Assembly (NCBI GenBank): GCA_951406725.2
Contig: OX597816.1
Coordinates: 76,384,001 to 76,448,000, forward strand
Direction of reading: 5' to 3'
Origin: Octopus vulgaris
Taxonomy: Eukaryota
Length of the DNA: 64,000 nucleotides
The notes below the pieces were generated by a model that was not told the DNA's origin, did not search any database, and saw nothing but the letters and a program-made list of their open reading frames with translations. Shown here piece after piece: positions 27,701 through 40,199 of the stretch. Both the position numbers and the translations under genes were made by a program. Every line of letters starts with the position of its first letter. Positions within the stretch are counted from its first letter, which is position 1.

Positions 27701-29171
27701 ATCGTCGACGTGAAGATGATGAATGAATTTAAATAAGTATGCAAGTGATTAGATTATAGTTAACTATGCATAAGAAAATATAGTTGCATATCAAGAATTT
27801 TAGAATACATCCTAACATTATTTTTACCCACTCATCTCAATTCAAGTATAAACAGATGAACTACCAAATACTTCTGTCAAGCGTTCGGATACATTTTTGT
27901 GGAACATTGGGATTTTTATTCATAACAAAATGTTAAAGATACATGTTTTATATTTACTTCATCAACCCTGAGGTATAAGATGTCATTCAAAACGTCAAAA
28001 TAAAAAGAACGCTCTTTATGACCCGTATAGGTGTATTTGTACGTGTTTTATTTTCCCTGTTTTGTTCATTATTCTGTATTTGCAGTAGATGGATTATTTT
28101 TGATTAGAAAAAAACAAATTCTTAAATTCACGTGCCTCTTGCCTCCATATGAAATTGCAAGGAGACTTCGCTCTAATAACATTGAGGAGAATCAGGAAAA
28201 TATAAGCTTTCAAACAAAATGTTATAAAAAAGTATTATTCTAAAAATTTTGAGTAGCATAGAGTACATAAACAGGTAACATAACAAAACAAATAGTATAT
28301 GAGAAAAATATTAACATAACATGGTTAATAAATACTTTTAATGCCACACGCATTTTCCCAAACATAATGATGGCTCTGAGAAGAAATCTGTCATGCCACA
28401 TGTATTACCCTTAACGTAAAATGTTATGCTTGTATGCCTATCTTTAATTTTTAAAATGCAATTTCGTGATGTATCATCAATTGGTAAAGCAAAATTTGTT
28501 ATAGCTGTGCATTAAGTACGTTAAGTACATTTAAAAGAAATAGAAATTAAATTATACTTACAGCCGAGTGAAATTAAGTACATGAAGGCTTTGACAGTTT
28601 GATAAAATATAAGATAAATATTAACTTTTAGGAATTAATATCTTTTTTGAGTAATTATTCATCTAGTCACGTTGAATTCGTGTATTTGAATTATAAAAGT
28701 CGTTTTCGTTTTCCAGTAGAATAATATTCAAATCATTGAGAACAGTTATAGAAACTAGCAGTGAAAGCTACCAACAACTCTGAAAGAATTTGTGCGTCTC
28801 AACATGAATGAATTACTTTATAAAATATACAATGCCACTTGTTTGTCAATACAGTTTTATATTTTAAATCTTATCCAGGAAAATGATTTCTTGCATGAAT
28901 AAAAGTTCCTTGATATATATGGGGAAAATAGAACTGAAATAATCACCAAATAATTCACTCAGGGCGTAGGCTAAGTGAAAAAGTTTTAACAAAGAATCGA
29001 TACCAGATCGAAAATTTACCTTCCTAAAATTTGATTTCTGAATGATCTAAAAAAATGAATATTGATTTCTACTATTAAGAAGGAAAGAATAGCAAACTCT
29101 TGGTACACTTCAAGAAACCAAAACGTGTATCATAACAGAAAAGGAGTACGTTTGTTGTCAGTTACCTTTTA

Positions 29172-30438
29172 TTAGGTGGTTCCGAAAATAATGGCCGATT
29201 TCAGAAACAATTTTATTCTGGAAGAATTAACAATAGAAATACTTTGATTTAATCAAAGTATGAGTTGTGAACATCTCTGCACCTTTGCTATCGCTCAACG
29301 AGATTATTTATGCCTCGTTCATAAAAACGTATTGATTTTAATGCTAAGGAATCTTTGAAAGCTGATTCCACCTTTGGTTTGGACCTGAAAGTTTTATCAC
29401 TTAAAAACGTGTTTAAATGCTTTGAAAAATAGCAGTCAGTGGGTGAAAGATCAGGAGAATAGGGAGGATGTGGCAAAGTCTCGTATCCAAAGTCTGTGAG
29501 TTTGTGCAGCGTCTTTCTTGCAACATGTGGCTTTGCATTATCGTGGATCAGAATTGGGCCATACCGATTCACCAATGCAGATTTCATTTTCTGATAGTGA
29601 GAATGCATTTCAGCGAGTTGATTGCAGTAAACCTCTGCTATAATGCTATGGATGACTTCTAGTAGTGGACAGACCAATTGCAGACCAGCAGATAGCCACC
29701 ATAATCTTTTGCTGATGCAACTTTGGCCTTGGGAAATGTTTGGGAGACTCATCATAATCAAGTCGTTGACCTGATCGTTTACGGTTATCATAAATGATCC
29801 ACTTTTTGTCACACGTGACTATTCGGTCAAGAAAAGGATAATTGGTGTTTCGGAGAAAGAGTATCGTACATACTTCAAAACGCCGAACGTTTCGATTTTC
29901 ATTGAGCTCATGCTGTACCCATTTATCGAGATTTTCGCCTTATCTATCTTCTGCAGATTGCGTGAGACCGTTGCAACACTGATACCAAGTACCTGAGACA
30001 TTCCTCTGGCATTTTCACGTGGGATTTTTTACACCAATTACTTTCAGTTGTTCATTGTCACGACTGCATGACCGTCCTCTACCTTCTTCATTTTCAAGGC
30101 TCTCATCACCACTACGGAATTTCTGAAAACACCATCGTACTGTGCGATCACTTGTGGACTCTCTCCTCATGCTCCGTTGATATTGGTAGCAGTTTGGGAG
30201 GCATTGTACCCAACTTGAACTCATGCAAGAAAAGTTAACGAAGGTCCTTTTTTGGCATGTTCATAATTAAGGGGGCCAATGATTCAAGAATGTTTTCTGT
30301 CTGAAATAAGCAGAAAATTATTAAAGAGCATGTATCAATTATTAAGTATGTCGAAATTCACTTAAAATATAATACTATGATAAAATTGCGTTTCAAAACA
30401 CAACACTTAGAGCCACCATTATTTTCGGAACAACTTAA
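29172..30438 (-). mobile_element. Full-length decayed mariner (DD34D-type) transposon
   Basis: TIRs ttaggtggttccgaaaataatgg / ccattattttcggaacaacttaa with TA on both sides; motifs LIHDNAKPH, HPPYSPDLSPTDCYF and WCFQKFRSGDESLENEEGRGR. Confidence 0.93.
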
Positions 30439-30524
30439 TACTATAACATTCAGTAGGTGAACAACTCTTAACTATGGAAGATAAAAGAACTGCAGTTAAG
30501 TAATAAGTGATACACTGAGCAAAT

Positions 30525-30705
30525 AGTGATTCCAAATTTTTGCACAGGGCCAATAATTTCGGGGGTAGGGTGCAAGTTGATTGTATCGAAGCAATAATTT
30601 TATGTGTCCTGGGAGGATGAATGACCAAATCAACCTCGGCGGAATTTGAACTCAGAACGTAAAGTTGCTAAGCATTTTCCCCGGTGCAGTAACGATGCTG
30701 CCACG
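30525..30705 (-). mobile_element. tRNA-derived SINE, family 2 fragment
   Basis: aacctcggcggaatttgaactcagaacgtaaag...ctaagcattttcccc. Confidence 0.7.
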
Positions 30706-31294
30706 TATTGTTAGGCGTTTATATCCTCTTGAACTGAGCCAACAAGAGTTAAGCGTTCGACTTTGAGCAAACCATAATACCAATAATGGAATTCAAATCA
30801 TCAAATATTTGTCCGGTAGTTTCAAATACTATCAACATAGCTAATTTCGACTCCTAATAATGATAATGACAGAAGCAAATATCTAGAGCAAACACTTGGG
30901 ACGGAATTTAATCAGTAACATAAATTGTTTATATATCATATCCGGTTGGGAACGAATTATCAATAAGAGTTTTATTACAGTTTGGATACAACAGAAAATA
31001 ATTGAATGTTGATTTCTCGTATAATTTGGTTTGTGCAGCAAAATTAAAACATCCAGCGTTTAAAATGAAGTGAAGCATCATGAAAATAGTTCGGGTCACG
31101 CATATGTAACTGTATGCCTGAGAATCGTTCAAAATTGCTGAGTCGTAATTGGATGACCATAGTTCATTATCCCTTAATGCCGTTTAAATGACAATATTTA
31201 CTTTTGTGTTCCTGGCATGAATTCCAGCTGGAATTCCTAATATCAAATGCCCAAGTTCAATTATTTGTGAATCAACTAAACATATATATATATA

Positions 31295-32315
31295 CTAGCA
31301 TTAATGACCCATCGTTGCCGGGTCATAGTACTAGTGCATGTATATATGTGTATATATATGTGTACATATTACATGTACATCTATATATACATCTACACAT
31401 AAAATACAAAATACAAAGTTATATCTTGATATCGCTAGTGATAACAATACTCAAAATATATAACAGACTGGAATTGTTAGCCCGTCTCTTGTAATTTCGA
31501 TCAATTGTATCTTGTCCTCCCTCTTGTATAGAAGTGTGGCTACAATCCAGCCTACCTCTACTTCTGGGGGGGGAGCATTTCTAATTTTTTTCCAGGACGG
31601 CCTACGTCCCAGATATAAAGGTAAAAATAAAATGTTTCCACTTTACAAGTTCGAGTCGAGTACTCCCTTGCACGCTCCGTTGACTCGAAACTTGCTTCTA
31701 TTGTTGCGAATTTACCGCCTCTGGTTACATATCTTTCATAGACGCACCAAGACACTTTTCGAAGGTGCTTTCCTCCATGTGTTCAAATCTTCTTTTTTCT
31801 CTACATTGTATACTTTATAGACAATAGTCTTTTCTTTAATTTAATTTTTTTATTATCCATCTGGACTATTCCATTTCTGCACGCTAATTTTATTTTTAAT
31901 TTATTCCCATTCATGTGAAACCACTTATTCAAGTTCAAGTCATTGATGCAATTTTATACCAATTGCTATTTTTACTTTTGTTATGTTACGATTATATTAT
32001 ACTTTAGTTTGATTTCAATTATTACTTACTACATATAATTCAATTGTTATTATTATGTTTATTGTTAAAGTGAAAGCATAAAATAGAGAAATGTTTTTTT
32101 TAACTTTTAACACGTAATACTGAAATAGTGGAGAAGATATGATATTGCTATGGGCTCGCTCTAGGCAAGAAGTTAAACATTTTTTGCCCATGAAACTTCA
32201 TGGACCCTAAGTAAGGCATGTGTAAAATTTGAATGGAATTGGTTGTATAGTTCTCAAGTTTTAGGGAAACACACAGAGCGACAAACACACATTCTCAGTT
32301 TTATATATATAAAGA
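31295..32315 (-). mobile_element. Non-autonomous Helitron
   Basis: Minus strand starts TCtttatatatataaaactgag and ends with a subterminal hairpin (tgacccggcaacgatgggtca) followed by CTAG|T. Confidence 0.75.
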
Positions 32316-32380
32316 TATATATATATATACATATTCATATATATATACGCACACACACACACACATATATATATATATAA

Positions 32381-32514
<134 letters not shown>

Positions 32515-32520
32515 ATAAAA

Positions 32521-33655
32521 CCAGCAGAGAAACCAGGCCTTGCTCGTGATTAAAATAGCATAGTTTGTTTTTATTGCTTTACTTGTTTCGGTATTATCAC
32601 CCGATTTCATTCGGGTCTAATCGGGCCACATTTTAAAGATGAGGAATTAAAAAAAGCAAAAAAAAAAACGAAAATTTATTAAAATTTGGTAATGAAAAAA
32701 CGCATGCCAAATGTTTAAACAGTAATTGAGAAGCAATTGGAGAAACCTCGCGGATGCAGATGTGAAGGGCAAAGAATGACGGGAAATGCTGGTAAAAAAA
32801 AAGAAACACCAATCAGGTATCTGAACAAAACTGAGATACTATAATACGACTGCACTTACAATGTTTTGGAAACAATATGTAGTCACACACAACCTAATTT
32901 TGCGGAATCAGTGTCGCAGCGGGAACCCATGGGTTGGGGGTTTGACTGGCAGAGGTAGTCAGGTTGCAGAGGTGGCCAGCGACGTGAAGAAGGTGGATGC
33001 AGTTGGGCTAAAGAAATGATAAACTGGCAATGACTCTAGCGACATGAAGACGGTGGATGCAGTTGGGCTAAAAATTTGAGAAAGTTACAAAGACTCCAGC
33101 GACGGGAGAGTTATAGCGGTAGGTTCAAAAGTGTTATTGCAGGGCTTCTTTGTAGACAATGTTCCTGGTGTTGTCCGGATTACCACAAATGAATAGATTG
33201 TGCAGACTGCCGACACAGGAGCATCCGACGTAAAGTTGACTATGGGTAAATAGCTACTATGTCATATTTAGGGCAACTACTTGTAACGACTTTCCCTGTG
33301 CCTTGCAAAGCATAACTTTTACGGGAAAATGCCGTCGCGTAAATTCAAATGGCGCAGCAGAGGGACTAAGGCTCATGGGGGTTAATAACTTTGTCATGCC
33401 AGACAGTCCGCTCAGAATGGTTGTCGTCAGAATTAAGGTCCAAATTTTCTTGATGATCAGACACGTACCGTCGCATAGTTCTGGTGGTTCCACGTTTCTC
33501 AGCAGCATAACTGAAACACCAACCTTCAGTCTAAGGTCATGAGGTAGAAATCAAAGAGGTAGCTGGCTGCTGAGGAATTCAATAGGTATGCAAATTTTCA
33601 GCTCAATCCGACCACATTTGCTAATACTTTTGCCTGCACAACTGCACGTGAGACA
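32521..33655 (-). mobile_element. Helitron remnant with PIF1 helicase fragment
   Basis: ORF 33257-33508 reads MLLRNVEPPELCDGTCLII...FEFTRRHFPVK..KAQGKSL. Degenerate 3' end at ~32521; 60-bp tandem repeat at ~32977-33105. Confidence 0.82.
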
Positions 33656-33669
33656 AATATATATTAGAA

Positions 33670-33905
33670 TAGCAGAGGTACCCGGCCTTGCTCGGGATTA
33701 AAAAATAAATTATTATTTTACTTGTTTCAGTATTATAACGCGATTTCATTCGGGTCTATGCGGGCCACATTTTAAAAGATGAGGAATTTTATCCTAGCGG
33801 CCAACCTTCAGTCTAAGGTCAATTGAACAAACTCAAAGTTGCCATGCAAACTCGCCAGCACTTTTAACATAGGTATGTATATTTTCAGCTCAATCTGACC
33901 ACATA
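33670..33905 (-). mobile_element. Internally deleted copy of the same Helitron
   Basis: Joins the 3' end of 32521-32650 to sequence matching 33520-33620. Confidence 0.7.
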
Positions 33906-33962
33906 TGCACATATTATATATATACATACGCATTAAATATATATATAAGTACATATATATGC

Positions 33963-33996
<34 letters not shown>

Positions 33997-34063
33997 CGAA
34001 TTATATATACATATATATAGACATTATATATCTATACACACATATGTATATAAATATAGATAT

Positions 34064-34801
34064 AATCAAAAATAAGGGTGAAAAATTGGATATTAATTTA
34101 ATAATACCATCAATTTAACACCAAGTGGCTTAGCGTATAAAAACCAGGGATACAATAAAAATTTATACACAAATATAAGAGAGTGACCACTATGGTCGAC
34201 TCCTTGGAAACAAATTTTTTAGTGGCTAATACCATAGCGGATCTATTTTTAACGCAAGAGTGGACCATATAGTGGTCACTCTCTTATATTTGTGTATAAA
34301 CTTTTATTGTATCCCTGGTTTTTATGTCCCAAGCCACTTGATGTTAAATTGATGGTATTATTAAATTAATATCCAATTTTTCACCCTTATTTTTGATTTT
34401 AATTATGCTGCAGTAAATCTTTTATGCAGTATTTGTTTCCGGAAGACTTAGCGCACTTTAGCGAGGGAATTTGAATCATAACTGCGAGTATAATCGATTA
34501 AACCATACGTGTGTTTGATGTTATGTTAAAATTCAGTGTGCGGTTTAATAAATTGTATTCAAAACAAATTCTGCTGATGACTTATGGATGTTGTGTAAGT
34601 AAAATTACATAATACATTAATAGCGAAACAATTGTCCAGAGTTAATCTATATTTTTGTTATTTTTCATTTGCCCTGCTCGTTTACGTTGAATGTTGTGCT
34701 GATTCTCCTTGGAAACAATTTTTTTAGTGGCTAATACCATAGCGGATCTATTTTTAGCGCAAGAGTCACCATATAGTGGTCACTCTCTTATATTTGTGTA
34801 A
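34064..34801 (+). mobile_element. ORF-less PLE pLTR/retrozyme-like element: ~505-nt monomer (1.2 copies) plus inverted 5' segment
   Basis: 34064-34197 is inverted against 34262-34398; 34200-34292 is directly repeated at 34705-34801; contains a hammerhead; TA-rich flanks. Confidence 0.8.
34567..34643 (+). ncRNA. Type-I hammerhead ribozyme
   Basis: Stem I aattctg/cagagtt; CUGAUGA 34574-34580; GAAA 34625-34628; palindromic ACAAUUGU; GUC site. The base of stem II is imperfect. Confidence 0.75.
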
Positions 34802-34884
34802 ATATAGATATATACACTTTATAAAAATATATACACATTACATATATAAATTATCTATACATATACATTATATATAAACACACA

Positions 34885-35000
34885 TTGATGATTGTGCGGT
34901 GGTGGTGGGCGATAATAATTCACCGTTCTCAAAGACCTGTGGCGGTGATATCTAAACTTTTGCAGCTGTCAACGCCTTTTCTCTATAGATACAGACATAC

Positions 35001-35039
<39 letters not shown>

Positions 35040-35365
35040 AGGAAAGAGTGACAGAGAGGGAAAGAGAGTGGAAGCTGTCAAATGTCGTTATAGAGAGAAT
35101 GTGGAACGAAGGGAGGAAAGAAAGAGATCGAGTGAGACAGAGTAATAACCGAAAGAGAGAAACGACAAACACATGTCCTAGTAACTACAGCTTTTGAGAT
35201 GGAGATTTCTAACCTAGTCCAGTCGCACCCTTGCCTCATTTTACATGTTCCTATAAATTGTCGCCGCAATCCGAGCACGCCTACTGTCATTGAACCCTGC
35301 ATAACCACTAAATGAGACACGCAAACATACAACTTTCGGCCATTTCACTTTTATGTAGAGAGATA
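34885..35365 (-). mobile_element. Probable non-autonomous Helitron 5' portion
   Basis: Minus strand starts TCtctctacataaaagtgaa...gttgtatgtttg, like the other Helitron 5' ends in the window. Confidence 0.45.
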
Positions 35366-35656
35366 AATGTAAGCAAATTATAATGATAATAATAAATATA
35401 TACAGTACAGTACTATTTCTGCTTCACGGATTTTCACCTGTCAAGGGGGTGGGGGAAGTTGGAATATTCGCGATAGTTGAGTGATTACTGTATATATATA
35501 TTATGGTACTAGAAAGTACCAGCTTTTCTAGAAAAAAAGGAATCAGATGAACTCCGAAGCCATAGAAAGCTCAGGGAAAACAAGAATGGTGAAAGCGGGT
35601 GGTGAATAAAAATTATAGCTCCTCAGTTTGCGAAGGCCGCAAAAGGAATGGCAGAT

Positions 35657-35714
35657 AACTTAATATCGATTTCGGACTCGGTCCTAAAAAAAAATATCCG
35701 TCTTCAATTAAGTT
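35657..35714 (-). ncRNA. Hammerhead variant (U at position 3)
   Basis: aacttaa-UUGAAGA-cgga...tcc-GAAA-UCGA-UA-ttaagtt. Confidence 0.6.
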
Positions 35715-36026
35715 TGCTGGAAAAAAGGACAAATTTAGAAACATTCAGCTCAACCATGCTTACGTATTCATGTGAAGTCCCAACGCACATTCAGAAAGGA
35801 ACTAAGTGAATAATTTATAAATATATAAGGATATTATTATTAACAATAAATAATAATATTAGTGGCAATGAACCATACAAGCAAGTTTAAAAACATTGAT
35901 GATATCCTTATATTTTTATAAATTATTCACTAAGTTCGTTTGTGAATGTGCCTCGGGATGTCACACGAACACGCAAGTATGGTTGAGGTGAATGTTTTTT
36001 TTTTTAATTTGGCTTTCTTTTCAGCA

Positions 36027-36085
36027 AACTTAAGTGAAGAGGGGTGAGCGTCCTTTAGGGCGGAGCCGGAAATCGATATTAAGTT
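36027..36085 (+). ncRNA. Hammerhead variant (G at position 3)
   Basis: aacttaa-GUGAAGA-ggggtgag-cgtcc-ttta-gggcg-gagccg-GAAA-UCGA-UA-ttaagtt. Confidence 0.6.
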
Positions 36086-36566
36086 ATCTGCCATTCCTTT
36101 TGCGGCCTTTGCAAAGGTAGGAGGTATAATGTTTTATTCACCGCCCACTTTCACCGTGCTTGTCTTCAGTGAGCTTTCTATTTCTTAGGAATTCATTTGA
36201 TACCTATTTATAGCAAAACTGGTACTTTCTAGTACCATAATGTTTTAAACTTGCCTGTACGGCTCATGCTTTGGATTGCCACTATTATTAATTATTATCA
36301 ATAATAAAATCCTTACGTGTGTGTATATATGTGCGTGCTTGTGTGTGTCTATGCGTGTGTGTATATACATATATAAATAAAAAAACATATAACAAATGCA
36401 CCAACAAACGGATCGAGAACGAACAAACAAGAAATGAATACAAAAGTGGACATACAAACATAAATAAATGTGATTCAAGACAAGGCCATTAGTGGACGGG
36501 CGAAGGACGAAGACGAAATAAATAGTTTACGGCCTTAGAGCCATTCAGAGACGATTGTTTGGATGG

Positions 36567-36650
<84 letters not shown>

Positions 36651-38269
36651 GTATGTGTATGTATGTATGTATGTATGTATGTACATATATACACAAAGAA
36701 GGAAGTATCGACACAGAGAGAAGAGGAGTCAGAAATTGAGAGAGTAATGAACATGCAGATCGAGACAGTTAGTTTCTGTATCTAGGGATTGTAAGAGTTA
36801 CGTGATGTATAATACGCGAAACCAGTTTTATGTGATACATGTGTAATGTATCTCTGTTCCTTGATACTATTTATTAAGTAGCCCGTTGCAAATTCTATAA
36901 ATTTCTCTCAAATTAGCTTCAGGAACAGTTTCAAGAAGGAAATATCTTGCCCTTTCCACGTTTAATTCTATATGAAGAGGCTTATTGCCCTTCCATATTC
37001 TGTTCAGTGAACACCATTTCATACATTGAAAATCGCTACAAATAATTACCATCACGATTTCAGATGATCTCTTAAGATTTCTCACCATTTATATCATTGT
37101 ACAAAGCTCTTTGTTGTAAACATTAGCTTTGCTCTTTGGATCGAGGGAATATTTCAATCTTATTGCTTTTCTTTCTTCCTTACTATATTGGTGTAGTTAT
37201 GAGTATAAGATGGTACTGCTGCTGTTATCGCTGCACGTTAAAACCGCCTATATTAAAATCAACACAATTCAACTAATTGGAAACCATTGACTTCTCTACA
37301 TGCTTTAAGCGTATAACTCATCGGTAATGCGCTTTAATTTGTATTCCCCTTTTATCATTAATTCAACGCCAGCTTCTTCTCTGAACATTTAATCCCACCG
37401 CATCACCATTACCTATCAACTGTATTCAGGTGTGAAATTTTTCTTTTAGTGCTTTCAAATCTCACACACTCCGAACAAAAGACATCGTCCACTTTTTCTT
37501 CTCCAGAAATTCACTCCTCTAAAATCACCCCCAACAGTTATTCTGCAGACAATGATTAATACATATTCAAAATGTACCTCAAACGCGTCCGTCTCATTGT
37601 TATGTTAAAGTTTTCAAAGTTCACTGGAATTATCACTCTCCCGAACTAATGGTTTAAAAGAATACCTTTGCACTTTCCTTAAACGACTGTGTCTCTATTA
37701 TTTTTCAAATGATCTACTGATGTTTTAGTTTACTGAAACTAAATGCTTTGCAGAAGTTAATTTCATTTCTGTATTTTCTGAGTTATACTGACTACAGTAT
37801 AATTATTAGAAATTCAGTTACTGAGTATTATTGGAAAAATAAACCGGTATCTTATTATGGCTAGTAATGTTCTAGTTTGATCCGTATTCAAAACAACTTC
37901 GTGAACTGGTCTTAAATATTTATGTTCCTTTATGGTAAACTTCTCCTTAGATAATGATAAATTGCAGTTAACGACGGCACTGAAATATGATGTTTTATGG
38001 ACTATTGCTTTCTTGAAAGTGAATCTTTCTAAAGTGTTGGGAGAGATGCTGCTTTCCGTAGCAGGAATATTATGGTCACTGTTTAATTGTATTGCATGAA
38101 ATCGGTTCATTTCCCTGTGTAGTTTTGTAAATTTTAGGTTTCTGTCAGATTACAAGTAAACTCATTTAATTACGATTCTACTACCACTGGGTTATCTGAC
38201 TGGAAACTTTTTACATAAAATATATATAATTTATTTTCCCTATTCTTAGGAAAAGGTTAAATATTTTTC

Positions 38270-38585
38270 AGTATACGACCCCTGACAGTTTAAGATGTGA
38301 GAGACAATTTATAATGGATCGAGCTGAAGCAAACGGCTGCTGGAACAAACTTGGTTAACCTGTTCTAATCTTGCGCTCGCGATACGAAGCATAATTGGAA
38401 GCTTCAGTGAAGAACTCTTTCGCCTCGAATGACAAAACCTGGTATCAGCGTGGGATCAAAGAACTATTGGAAAGGTGTCTTCAGAGAGTGCAATACGGTG
38501 GCCTCTACTTAGAATGCTCTGCTGTTTTCGTTGTAACTTGATGAATAAAGCAAACAAGTTACCAAAATATTGCAACGAAATATAT
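38270..38585 (+). mobile_element. Mariner transposase C-terminal remnant
   Basis: Reads FASNDKTWYQRGIKELLER...GLYLE, resembling the mariner C-terminal FF.S....FY.RGI..L.ER motif. Confidence 0.55.
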
Positions 38586-38859
38586 TATACATATAAAACA
38601 AAAAATTACACGTAAGTGTGTGAGTGGCATTTTTTATTCTTTTATTCTTTTCATCAATAGAGAGCGACCATGCTGCAACACCACCTTATTTTTATTTTTG
38701 CTTATTTCCATTTTTTCAACTTTTGTTGGAGTCTTATGGTATGGCGAAAGTGGTCTGTATTTGAGATTGTGAAAGCTGACTGCAACGTTTTATAGTTCTC
38801 TAATCGATGTTATTTTATTTTACTATTAAAAATCTTCTGTAACACTTCACTTTCTTCTA

Positions 38860-39840
38860 CGTGTTTGGAGACCAAAGCTGGGCCCAGTAATCTTGTCAAC
38901 TGAAAAGTAAAGTTCTTGTGTTATGAAAGTTCCCAGGATCTAGTGGTTAAATTTGTGATGAACCCTCCAAAAAAGGGGCAGGAAGTAACATGATTACTCC
39001 TAATCCCCTTATTTTATTTGAGATTTCCATCTTTGTGTTTTTTGGTGTCAAATAATGTGTGTGTGTGTGTCAATTCTGTAATAAAGAACCTGATATTTCG
39101 ATGCGTTCGATTTCGCATTATTTTCCTCTCTCGATCAAGAAATGATATTTTGCTCATTCTAGAGTGTGACAGCAACTTCTGCAGTTTGGATAGAAATTGA
39201 TACTTCTGTCCATGCAGCATAACTCGTTAAACTTGCTGAGAGTATCTGAGCTTATACGTGAAAGAGAGATGATAAATAATAGGGACCTTAGAAGCGGTCC
39301 TTGAAGCACACCACTTATTACAATTGACTTGACAGTAAGGAGAGTGTTTGCAGCAACAGCTTTATTCCTAGCCTGTAAAAAGCCAAGAATTTTATACTCT
39401 GAATTTTCTCTGATACCAAGGTTCCTTAGCCTATAACCGATAATTCCATGATAATTCTTGTCAAAGGCCTTCGCAAAATCAAGGTATATGCAATCAGTGT
39501 CCATTCCCTTTAGAATATTATTAATGTTTGTATTAAGTCGCTGTTGTATTTGTGTCAGTCAACTTTGCCCGGTCCGAAATGCATGCTGTAGAACATAAAG
39601 CATTCGCTTTCCTCCAGGTGTTTGATTATTTTTTACTACAATGTTTTTTTACAATTTTTATGTGTGTGAATAAGTAAGACATGTCTATAAATTTTAACAC
39701 CAACTATGCTGCCCCTTTTGTGTGTACGTGTTATTGTTGCTCCTTCCAGTAATTCTGGAAATATGCCGGACTCTAACGACTTTTCGAATAGCAGTTTTAA
39801 TGGTTTGGTCAGACTGTGTTTACACGGTGTGTACAACCTA
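38860..39840 (-). mobile_element. CR1-group LINE RT fragment, decayed
   Basis: CIYLDFAKAFDK, SGVLQGPLLRSLLFII and PLKLLFEKSLESGIFP. Confidence 0.8.
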
Positions 39841-40199
39841 TCATTAATTCATCACGTTTATAAACAATGTGGATATTGTTAGCTAATATTATCTCCGATC
39901 TATCTTTCTCTAGTACATAACCAGCACGGACGTCTATCTCTACGTCTTGCAGCATGGACCATTTCAATTCATATCTAATTTTATCGTCTAAATTATGGAT
40001 TTATAGCTCATGAAATAACTCAGATGAGGAATGATTTTGAGCAGCAATAATCGTATAACTCTCTTGAGAAAATTCCCCATACAAACAGCTGCTTTAAAAC
40101 AAATTACCGGGCTAGGAATGACATCATCGAACATTAAGAAATGTTGATCTCCGCGTCGTTACGCTCCGGCAGCTACAGATACCAAACGTGTTAATCATA

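Larger units (their letters stand above)
35501..36315. mobile_element. Foldback of two circularly permuted ~405-nt hammerhead-bearing monomers
   Basis: 35501-35835 is inverted against 35901-36240, and 35836-35897 is inverted against 36240-36310. Confidence 0.8.

Noticed and set aside
35401-35492. Tiny TA-flanked MITE-like element (tacagta...tactgta)
   Set aside because: The terminal inverted match is only about 7 bp, which is insufficient without other copies.
36515-36555. Hammerhead-like remnant on the minus strand (ctgaatggc...ggccgtaaac)
   Set aside because: Multiple core mismatches and no stem I.
36860-38150. Possible LINE ORF1-like remnant
   Set aside because: No motif I can assign with confidence.
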